Of a stretch of DNA of 64,000 nucleotides, positions 13,301 to 25,869 are shown in pieces. The position numbers were made by a program, and so were the translations under genes. The notes beneath the pieces are model-generated. The model saw only the letters and a program-made list of their open reading frames with translations, searched no databases and was not told the origin of the DNA. Within the stretch, counting starts at the first letter, position 1; the number at the start of each line of letters is the position of its first letter. This stretch comes from Eledone cirrhosa (taxonomy: Eukaryota), in assembly GCA_964016885.1 (NCBI GenBank), contig CAXHJY010001198.1, positions 1 to 64,000 on the forward strand. Reading direction: 5' to 3'.

Positions 13301-16300
13301 ACTGTCAGTCCACTGCCCTAGACATGTGTGACTACCAATTACTGTCAATCCACCGCCCTAGACGTGTGTGACACTCTACCAATTACTGTCAATCCACTGC
13401 CCTAGACATGTGTGACACTCTACCAATTACTGTCAATCCACTGCCCTAGACATGTGTGACACTCTACCAATTACTGTCAGTCCACTGCCCTAGACATGTG
13501 TGACACTCTACCAATTACTGTCAATCCACTGCCCTAGACATGTGTGACACTCTACCAATTACTGCCAGTCCACTGCCCTAGACATGTGTGACTACCAATT
13601 ACTGTCAATCCACCGCCCTAGACATGTGTGACACTCTACCAATTACTGTCAGTCCACTGCCCTAGACATGTGTGACACTCTACCAATTACTGTCAATCCA
13701 CTGCCCTAGACATGTGTGACACTCTACCAATTACTGTCAATCCACTGCCCTAGACATGTGTGACTACCAATTACTGTCAATCCACCGCCCTAGACATGTG
13801 TGACACTCTACCAATTACTGTCAATCCACTGCCCTAGACATGTGTGACACTCTACCAATTACTGTCAATCCACTGCCCTAGACATGTGTGACACTCTACC
13901 AATTACTGTCAATCCACTGCCCTAGACATGTGTGACACTCTACCAATTACTGTCAATCCACTGCCCTAGACATGTGTGACACTCTACCAATTACTGTCAA
14001 TCCACTGCCCTAGACATGTGTGACACTCTACCAATTACTGTCAATCCACTGCCCTAGACATGTGTGACACTCTACCAATTACTGTCAATCCACTGCCCTA
14101 GACATGTGTGACACTCTACCAATTACTGTCAGTCCACTGCCCTAGACATGTGTGACACTCTACCAATTACTGTCAATCCACCGCCCTAGACATGTGTGAC
14201 ACTCTACCAATTACTGTCAGTCCACTGCCCTAGACATGTGTGACACTCTACCAATTACTGTCAATCCACCGCCCTAGACATGTGTGACACTCTACCAATT
14301 ACTGTCAGTCCACTGCCCTAGACATGTGTGACACTCTACCAATTACTGTCAATCCACTGCCCTAGACATGTGTGACACTCTACCAATTACTGTCAGTCCA
14401 CTGCCCTAGACATGTGTGACTACCAATTACTGTCAGTCCACTGCCCTAGACATGTGTGACTACCAATTACTGTCAATCCACCGCCCTAGACGTGTGTGAC
14501 ACTCTACCAATTACTGTCAATCCACTGCCCTAGACATGTGTGACACTCTACCAATTACTGTCAATCCACTGCCCTAGACATGTGTGACACTCTACCAATT
14601 ACTGTCAGTCCACTGCCCTAGACATGTGTGACACTCTACCAATTACTGTCAATCCACTGCCCTAGACATGTGTGACACTCTACCAATTACTGTCAGTCCA
14701 CTGCCCTAGACATGTGTGACTACCAATTACTGTCAATCCACCGCCCTAGACATGTGTGACACTCTACCAATTACTGTCAGTCCACTGCCCTAGACATGTG
14801 TGACACTCTACCAATTACTGTCAATCCACTGCCCTAGACATGTGTGACACTCTACCAATTACTGTCAATCCACTGCCCTAGACATGTGTGACTACCAATT
14901 ACTGTCAATCCACCGCCCTAGACATGTGTGACACTCTACCAATTACTGTCAATCCACCGCCCTAGACATGTGTGACACTCTACCAATTACTGTCAGTCCA
15001 CTGCCCTAGACATGTGTGACTACCAATTACTGTCAATCCACCGCCCTAGACATGTGTGACACTCTATCAATTACTGTCAATCCACTGCCCTAGACATGTG
15101 TGACACTCTACCAATTACTGTCAGTCCACTGCCCTAGACATGTGTGACTACCAATTACTGTCAATCCACCGCCCTAGACATGTCTGACACTCTACCAATT
15201 ACTGTCAATCCACTGCCCTAGACATGTGTGACACTCTACCAATTACTGTCAGTCCACTGCCCTAGACATGTGTGACACTCTACCAATTACTGTCAGTCCA
15301 CTGCCCTAGACATGTGTGACTACCAATTACTGTCAATCCACCGCCCTAGACATGTGTGACACTCTACCAATTACTGTCAGTCCACTGCCCTAGACATGTG
15401 TGACACTCTACCAATTACTGTCAGTCCACTGCCCTAGACATGTGTGACTACCAATTACTGTCAATCCACCGCCCTAGACATGTGTGACACTCTACCAATT
15501 ACTGTCAATCCACTGCCCTAGACATGTGTGACACTCTACCAATTACTGTCAGTCCACTGCCCTAGACATGTGTGACACTCTACCAATTACTGTCAGTCCA
15601 CTGCCCTAGACATGTGTGACTACCAATTACTGTCAATCCACCGCCCTAGACATGTCTGACACTCTACCAATTACTGTCAACCCACCGCCCTAGACATGTG
15701 TGACACTCTACAAATTACTGTCAATCCACTGCCCTAGACATGTGTGACACTCTACCAATTACTGTCAACCCACCGCCCTAGACATGTGTGACACTCTGCC
15801 AATTACTGTCAGTCCACTGCCCTAGACATGTGTGACACTCTACCAATTACTGTCAATCCACTGCCCTAGACATGTGTGACACTCTACCAATTACTGTCAG
15901 TCCACTGCCCTAGACATGTGTGACACTCTACCAATTACTGTCAACCCACCGCCCTAGACATGTGTGACACTCTGCCAATTACTGTCAGTCCACTGCCCTA
16001 GACATGTGTGACACTCTACCAATTACTGTCAATCCACTGCCCTAGACATGTGTGACACTCTACCAATTACTGTCAGTCCACTGCCCTAGACATGTGTGAC
16101 ACTCTACCAATTACTGTCAATCCACTGCCCTAGACATGTGTGACACTCTACCAATTACTGTCAATCCACTGCCCTAGACATGTGTGACACTCTACCAATT
16201 ACTGTCAGTCCACTGCCCTAGACATGTGTGACACTCTACCAATTACTATCAATCCACTGCCCTAGACATGTGTGACTACCAATTACTGTCAATCCACTGC

Positions 16301-17362
16301 CCTAGACATGTGTGACACTCTACCAATTACTGTCAGTCCACTGCCCTAGACATGTGTGACACTCTACCAATTACTGTCAATCCACTGCCCTAGACATGTG
16401 TGACACTCTACCAATTACTGTCAATCCACTGCCCTAGACATGTGTGACACTCTACCAATTACTGTCAATCCACTGCCCTAGACATGTGTGACACTCTACC
16501 AATTACTGTCAATCCACTGCCCTACACATGTGTGACACTCTACCAATTACTGTCAGTCCACTGCCCTAGACATGTGTGACACTCTACCAATTACTGTCAG
16601 TCCACTGCCCTAGACATGTGTGACACTCTACCAATTACTGTCAATCCACTGCCCTAGACATGTGTGACACTCTACCAATTACTGTCAATCCACTGCCCTA
16701 GACATGTGTGACACTCTACCAATTACTGTCAATCCACTGCCCTAGACATGTGTGACACTCTACCAATTACTGTCAATCCACTGCCCTAGACATGTGTGAC
16801 ACTCTACCAATTACTGTCAATCCACTGCCCTAGACATGTGTGACACTCTACCAATTACTGTCAATCCACTGCCCTAGACATGTGTGACACTCTACCAATT
16901 ACTGTCAATCCACTGCCCTAGACATGTGTGACACTCTACCAATTACTGTCAGTCCACTGCCCTAGACATGTGTGACACTCTACCAATTACTATCAATCCA
17001 CTGCCCTAGACATGTGTGACTACCAATTACTGTCAATCCACTGCCCTAGACATGTGTGACACTCTACCAATTACTGTCAGTCCACTGCCCTAGACATGTG
17101 TGACTACCAATTACTGTCAATCCACTGCCCTAGACATGTGTGACACTCTACCAATTACTGTCAATCCACTGCCCTAGACATGTGTGACACTCTACCAATT
17201 ACTGTCAATCCACTGCCCTAGACATGTGTGACACTCTACCAATTACTGTCAATCCACTGCCCTAGACATGTGTGACACTCTACCAATTACTGTCAGTCCA
17301 CTGCCCTAGACATGTGTGACACTCTACCAATTACTGTCAGTCCACTGCCCTAGACATGTGTG
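4360..17362. repeat. Tandem duplication with a 6,502-bp unit (about 150 monomers), two copies
   Basis: Rare markers recur at +6502: ccctaaac (5429/11931), ctaacaa (5667/12169), tgtacc 38-mer (5961/12463), cgtgtg (6861/13363), tctatc (8561/15063), actctgcc (9291/15793), tacacat (10023/16525). Confidence 0.92.
6250..8450. repeat. Nested 1,128-bp (26-monomer) tandem duplication, repeated at about 12,750-14,950
   Basis: The gacgtg marker preceded by two consecutive 40-mers occurs at 6861/7989 and 13363/14491. 1128 = 26x44 minus four 4-bp deletions, matching the four 40-mers counted. Confidence 0.82.
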
Positions 17363-20300
17363 ACACTCTACCAATTACTGTCAATCCACTGCCCTAGACA
17401 TGTGTGACACTCTACCAATTACTGTCAATCCACTGCCCTAGACATGTGTGACACTCTACCAATTACTGTCAATCCACTGCCCTAGACATGTGTGACACTC
17501 TACCAATTACTGTCAATCCACTGCCCTAGACATGTGTGACACTCTACCAATTACTGTCAATCCACTGCCCTAGACATGTGTGACACTCTACCAATTACTG
17601 TCAGTCCACTGCCCTAGACATGTGTGACACTCTACCAATTACTGTCAATCCACCGCCCTAGACATGTGTGACACTCTACCAATTACTGTCAGTCCACTGC
17701 CCTAGACATGTGTGACACTCTACCAATTACTGTCAATCCACCGCCCTAGACATGTGTGACACTCTACCAATTACTGTCAGTCCACTGCCCTAGACATGTG
17801 TGACACTCTACCAATTACTGTCAATCCACTGCCCTAGACATGTGTGACACTCTACCAATTACTGTCAGTCCACTGCCCTAGACATGTGTGACTACCAATT
17901 ACTGTCAGTCCACTGCCCTAGACATGTGTGACTACCAATTACTGTCAATCCACCGCCCTAGACGTGTGTGACACTCTACCAATTACTGTCAATCCACTGC
18001 CCTAGACATGTGTGACACTCTACCAATTACTGTCAATCCACTGCCCTAGACATGTGTGACACTCTACCAATTACTGTCAGTCCACTGCCCTAGACATGTG
18101 TGACACTCTACCAATTACTGTCAGTCCACTGCCCTAGACATGTGTGACTACCAATTACTGTCAATCCACCGCCCTAGACATGTGTGACACTCTACCAATT
18201 ACTGTCAGTCCACTGCCCTAGACATGTGTGACACTCTACCAATTACTGTCAATCCACTGCCCTAGACATGTGTGACACTCTACCAATTACTGTCAATCCA
18301 CTGCCCTAGACATGTGTGACTACCAATTACTGTCAATCCACCGCCCTAGACATGTGTGACACTCTACCAATTACTGTCAGTCCACTGCCCTAGACATGTG
18401 TGACACTCTACCAATTACTGTCAATCCACTGCCCTAGACATGTGTGACACTCTACCAATTACTGTCAATCCACTGCCCTAGACATGTGTGACTACCAATT
18501 ACTGTCAATCCACCGCCCTAGACATGTGTGACACTCTACCAATTACTGTCAATCCACCGCCCTAGACATGTGTGACACTCTACCAATTACTGTCAGTCCA
18601 CTGCCCTAGACATGTGTGACTACCAATTACTGTGAATCCACCGCCCTAGACATGTGTGACACTCTACCAATTACTGTCAGTCCACTGCCCTAGACATGTG
18701 TGACACTCTACCAATTACTGTCAGTCCACTGCCCTAGACATGTGTGACTACCAATTACTGTGAATCCACCGCCCTAGACATGTGTGACACTCTACCAATT
18801 ACTGTCAGTCCACTGCCCTAGACATATGTGACACTCTACCAATTACTGTCAGTCCACTGCCCTAGACATGTATGACTACCAATTACTGTCAATCCACCGC
18901 CCTAGACATGTGTGACACTCTACCAATTACTGTCAATCCACTGCCCTAGACATGTGTGACACTCTACCAATTACTGTCAGTCCACTGCCCTAGACATGTG
19001 TGACACTCTACCAATTACTGTCAGTCCACTGCCCTAGACATGTGTGACTACCAATTACTGTCAATCCACCGCCCTAGACATGTCTGACACTCTACCAATT
19101 ACTGTCAACCCACCGCCCTAGACATGTGTGACACTCTACAAATTACTGTCAATCCACTCCCCTAGACATGTGTGACACTCTACCAATTACTGTCAACCCA
19201 CCGCCCTAGACATGTGTGACACTCTACCAATTACTGTCAGTCCACTGCCCTAGACATGTGTGACACTCTACCAATTACTGTCAATCCACTGCCCTAGACA
19301 TGTGTGACACTCTACCAATTACTGTCAGTCCACTGCCCTAGACATGTGTGACACTCTACCAATTACTGTCAATCCACTGCCCTAGACATGTGTGACACTC
19401 TACCAATTACTGTCAATCCACTGCCCTAGACATGTGTGACACTCTACCAATTACTGTCAGTCCACTGCCCTAGACATGTGTGACACTCTACCAATTACTA
19501 TCAATCCACTGCCCTAGACATGTGTGACTACCAATTACTGTCAATCCACTGCCCTAGACATGTGTGACACTCTACCAATTACTGTCAGTCCACTGCCCTA
19601 GACATGTGTGACTACCAATTACTGTCAATCCACTGCCCTAGACATGTGTGACACTCTACCAATTACTGTCAATCCACTGCCCTAGACATGTGTGACACTC
19701 TACCAATTACTGTCAATCCACTGCCCTAGACATGTGTGACACTCTACCAATTACTGTCAATCCACTGCCCTAGACATGTGTGACACTCTACCAATTACTG
19801 TCAATCCACTGCCCTAGACATGTGTGACACTCTACCAATTACTGTCAGTCCACTGCCCTAGACATGTGTGACACTCTACCAATTACTGTCAGTCCACTGC
19901 CCTAGACATGTGTGACACTCTACCAATTACTGTCAATCCACTGCCCTAGACATGTGTGACACTCTACCAATTACTGTCAATCCACTGCCCTAGACATGTG
20001 TGACACTCTACCAATTACTGTCAATCCACTGCCCTAGACATGTGTGACACTCTACCAATTACTGTCAATCCACTGCCCTAGACATGTGTGACACTCTACC
20101 AATTACTGTCAATCCACTGCCCTAGACATGTGTGACACTCTACCAATTACTGTCAATCCACTGCCCTAGACATGTGTGATACTCTACCAATTACTGTCAG
20201 TCCACTGCCCTAGACATGTGTGACACTCTACCAATTACTATCAATCCACTGCCCTAGACATGTGTGACTACCAATTACTGTCAATCCATTGCCCTAGACA

Positions 20301-21019
20301 TGTGTGACACTCTACCAATTACTGTCAGTCCACTGCCCTAGACATGTGTGACTACCAATTACTGTCAATCCACTGCCCTAGACATGTGTGACACTCTACC
20401 AATTACTGTCAATCCACTGCCCTAGACATGTGTGACACTCTACCAATTACTGTCAATCCACTGCCCTAGACATGTGTGACACTCTACCAATTACTGTCAG
20501 TCCACTGCCCTAGACATGTGTGACACTCTACCAATTACTGTCAGTCCACTGCCCTAGACATGTGTGACACTCTACCAATTACTGTCAATCCACTGCCCTA
20601 GACATGTGTGACACTCTACCAATTACTGTCAATCCACTGCCCTAGACATGTGTGACACTCTACCAATTACTGTCAATCCACTGCCCTAGACATGTGTGAC
20701 ACTCTACCAATTACTGTCAATCCACTGCCCTAGACATGTGTGACACTCTACCAATTACTGTCAATCCACTGCCCTAGACATGTGTGACACTCTACCAATT
20801 ACTGTCAGTCCACTGCCCTAGACATGTGTGACACTCTACCAATTACTGTCAATCCACCGCCCTAGACATGTGTGACACTCTACCAATTACTGTCAGTCCA
20901 CTGCCCTAGACATGTGTGACACTCTACCAATTACTGTCAATCCACTGCCCTAGACATGTGTGACTACCAATTACTGTCAATCCACCGCCCTAGACATGTG
21001 TGACACTCTACCAATTACT

Positions 21020-21870
21020 GTCAGTCCACTGCCCTAGACATGTGTGACTACCAATTACTGTCAATTCACTGCCCTAGACATGTGTGACACTCTACCAATT
21101 ACTGTCAATCCACCGCCCTAGACATGTGTGACTACCAATTACTGTCAATCCACCGCCCTAGACATGTGTGACACTCTACCAATTACTGTCAATCCCCCGC
21201 CCTAGACATGTGTGACACTCTACCAATTACTGTCAATCCACTGCCCTAGACATGTGTGACACTCTACCAATTACTGTCAATCCACCGCCCTAGACATGTG
21301 TGACTACCAATTACTGTCAATCCACCGCCCTAGACATGTGTGACACTCTACCAATTACTGTCAGTCCACTGCCCTAGACATGTGTGACTACCAATTACTG
21401 TCAATCCACTGCCCTAGACATGTGTGACACTCTACCAATTACTGTCAATCCACCGCCCTAGACATGTGTGACTACCAATTACTGTCAATCCACCGCCCTA
21501 GACATGTGTGACACTCTACCAATTACTGTCAATCCACCGCCCTAGACATGTGTGACACTCTACCAATTACTGTCAATCCACTGCCCTAGACATGTGTGAC
21601 ACTCTACCAATTACTGTCAATCCACCGCCCTAGACATGTGTGACTACCAATTACTGTCAATCCACCGCCCTAGACATGTGTGACACTCTACCAATTACTG
21701 TCAGTCCACTGCCCTAGACATGTGTGACTACCAATTACTGTCAATCCACTGCCCTAGACATGTGTGACACTCTACCAATTACTGTCAATCCACCGCCCTA
21801 GACATGTGTGACTACCAATTACTGTCAATCCACCGCCCTAGACATGTGTGACACTCTACCAATTACTGTC
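21020..21870. repeat. 340-bp (8-monomer) higher-order repeat, about 2.5 copies
   Basis: The A5G 40-mer recurs at 21021, 21361 and 21701 with the same intervening order of T11C and 40-bp units. 340 = 8x44 - 12. Confidence 0.78.
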
Positions 21871-24800
21871 AGTCCACTGCCCTAGACATGTGTGACTACC
21901 AATTACTGTCAATCCACCGCCCTAGACATGTGTGACACTCTACCAATTACTGTCAGTCCACTGCCCTAGACATGTGTGACACTCTACCAATTACTGTCAA
22001 TCCACCGCCCTAGACATGTGTGACTACCAATTACTGTCAATCCACCGCCCTAGACATGTGTGACACTCTACCAATTACTGTCAATCCACCGCCCTAGACA
22101 TGTGTGACACTCTACCAATTACTGTCAATCCACCGCCCTAGACATGTGTGACACTCTACCAATTACTGTCAGTCCACTGCCCTAGACATGTGTGACTACC
22201 AATTACTGTCAATCCACCGCCCTAGACATGTGTGACACTCTACCAATTACTGTCAGTCCACCGCCCTAGACATGTGTGACACTCTACCAATTACTGTCAA
22301 TCCACTGCCCTAGGCATGTGTGACACTCTACCAATTACTGTCAATCCACTGCCCTAGACATGTGTGACACTCTACCAATTACTGTCAGTCCACTGCCCTA
22401 GACATGTGTGACTACCAATTACTGTCAATCCACCGCCCTAGACATGTGTGACACTCTACCAATTACTGTCAGTCCACCGCCCTAGACATGTGTGACACTC
22501 TACCAATTACTGTCAGTCCACCGCCCTAGACATGTGTGACACTCTACCAATTACTGTCAGTCCACTGCCCTAGACATGTGTGACACTCTACCAATTACTG
22601 TCAGTCCAGCGCCCTAGACATGTGTGACACTCTACCAATTACTGTCAGTCCACTGCCCTAGACATGTGTGACACTCTACCAATTACTGTCAGTCCACTGC
22701 CCTAGACATGTGTGACACTCTACCAATTACTGTCAGTCCACTGCCCTAGACATGTGTGACACTCTACCAATTACTGTCAGTCCACTGCCCTAGACATGTG
22801 TGACACTCTACCAATTACTGTCAGTCCACTGCCCTAGACATGTGTGACACTCTACCAATTACTGTCAATCCACCGCCCTAGATATGTGTGACACTCTACC
22901 AATTACTGTCAGTCCACTGCCCTAGACATGTGTGATACTCTACCAATTACTGTCAATCCACTGCCCTAGACATGTGTGACACTCTACCAATTACTGTCAG
23001 TCCACTGCCCTAGACATGTGTGACACTCTACCAATTACTGTCAGTCCACTGCCCTAGACATGTGTGACACTCTACCAATTACTGTCAATCCACTGCCCTA
23101 GACATGTGTGACACTCTACCAATTACTGTCAGTCCACTGCCCTAGACATGTGTGACACTCTACCAATTACTGTCAATCCACTGTCCTAGACATGTGTGAC
23201 ACTCTACCAATTACTGTCAATCCCCCGCCCTAGACATGTGTGACTACCAATTACTGTCAATCCACTGCCCTAGACATGTGTGACACTCTACCAATTACTG
23301 TCAATCCACCGCCCTAGACATGTGTGACACTCTACCAATTACTGTCAATCCACCGCCCTAGACATGTGTGACTACCAATTACTGTCAATCCACTGCCCTA
23401 GACATGTGTGACACTCTACCAATTACTGTCAATCCACTGCCCTAGACATGTGTGACACTCTACCAATTACTGTCAATCCACTGCCCTAGACATGTGTGAC
23501 ACTCTACCAATTACTGTCAGTCCACTGCCCTAGACATGTGTGACTACCAATTACTGTCAATCCACTGCCCTAGACATGTGTGACACTCTACCAATTACTG
23601 TCAATCCACTGCCCTAGACATGTGTGACACTCTACCAATTACTGTCAGTCCACTGCCCTAGACATGTGTGACACTCTACCAATTACTGTCAGTCCACTGC
23701 CCTAGACATGTGTGACTACCAATTACTGTCAATCCACCGCCCTAGACATGTCTGACACTCTACCAATTACTGACAACCCACCGCCCTAGACATGTGTGAC
23801 ACTCTACAAATTACTGTCAATCCACTGCCCTAGACATGTGTGACACTCTACCAATTACTGTCAGTCCACTGCCCTAGACATGTGTGACTACCAATTACTG
23901 TCAATCCACCGCCCTAGACATGTCTGACACTCTACCAATTACTGTCAACCCACCGCCCTAGACATGTGTGACACTCTACAAATTACTGTCAATCCACTGC
24001 CCTAGACATGTGTGACACTCTACCAATTACTGTCAACCCACCGCCCTAGACATGTGTGACACTCTACCAATTACTATCAATCCACTGCCCTAGACATGTG
24101 TGACTACCAATTACTGTCAATCCACTGCCCTAGACATGTGTGACACTCTACCAATTACTGTCAGTCCACTGCCCTAGACATGTGTGACACTCTACCAATT
24201 ACTGTCAATCCACCGCCCTAGACATGTGTGACACTCTACCAATTACTGTCAGTCCACTGCCCTAGACATGTGTGACACTCTACCAATTACTGTCAGTCCA
24301 CTGCCCTAGACATGTGTGACTACCAATTACTGTCAATCCACTGCCCTAGACATGTGTGACACTCTACCAATTACTGTCAATCCACTGCCCTAGACATGTG
24401 TGACACTCTACCAATTACTGTCAATCCACTGCCCTAGACATGTGTGACACTCTACCAATTACTGTCAGTCCACTGCCCTAGACATGTGTGACACTCTACC
24501 AATTACTGTCAATCCACTGCCCTAGACATGTCTGACACTCTACCAATTAGTGTCAATCCACTGCCCTAGATATGTCTGACACTCTACCAATTACTGTCAA
24601 TCCACTGCCCTAGACATGTCTGACACTCTACCAATTACTGTCAGTCCACCGCCCTAGACATGTGTGACACTCTACCGATTACTGTCAACCTACTGCCCTA
24701 GACATGTGTGACACTCTACCAATTACTGTCAGTCCACTGCCCTAGACATGTGTGACACTCTACCAATTACTGTCAGTCCACAGCCCTAGACATGTGTGAC

Positions 24801-25869
24801 ACTCTACCAATTACTGTCAGTCCACTGCCATAGACATGTGTGACACTCTACCAATTACTGTCAATCCACTGCCCTAGACATGTGTGACACTCTACCAATT
24901 ACTATAAGTCCACTGCCCTAGACATGTGTGACACTCTACCGATTACTGTCAACCCACTGCCCTAGACATGTGTGACACTCTACCAATTACTGTCAGTCCA
25001 CTGCCCTAGACATGTGTGACACTCTACCAATTACTGTCAGTCCACTGCCCTAGACATGTGTGACACTCTACCAATTACTGTCAATCCACTGCCCTAGACA
25101 TGTGTGACACTCTACCAATTACTGTCAATCCACTGCCCTAGACATGTGTGACACTCTACCAATTACTGTCAATCCACTGCCCTAGACATGTGTGACACTC
25201 TACCAATTACTGTCAATCCACTGCCCTAGACATGTGTGACACTCTACCAATTACTGTCAATCCACTGCCCTAGACATGTGTGACACTCTACCAATTACTG
25301 TCAGTCCACTGCCCTAGACATGTGTGACACTCTACCAATTACTGTCAGTCCACTGCCCTAGACATGTGTGACACTCTACCAATTAGTGTCAGTCCACTGC
25401 CCTAGACATGTGTGACTACCAATTACTGTCAATCCACCGCCCTAGACATGTGTGACACTCTACCAATTACTGTCAGTCCACTGCCCTAGACATGTGTGAC
25501 ACTCTACCAATTACTGTCAATCCACTGCCCTAGACATGTGTGACTACCAATTACTATCAATCCACCGCCCTAGACATGTGTGACACTCTACCAATTACTG
25601 TCATTCCACCGCCCTAGACATGTGTGACACTCTACCAATTACTGTCAGTCCACTGCCCTAGACATGTGTGACTACCAATTACTGTTAATCCACCGCCCTA
25701 GACATGTGTGACACTCTACCAATTACTGTCAGTCCACTGCCCTAGACATGTGTGACTACCAATTACTGTCAATCCACTGCCCTAGACATGTGTGACACTC
25801 TACCAATTACTGTCAATCCACTGCCCTAGACATGTGTGACACTCTACCAATTACTGTCAGTCCATTGCC

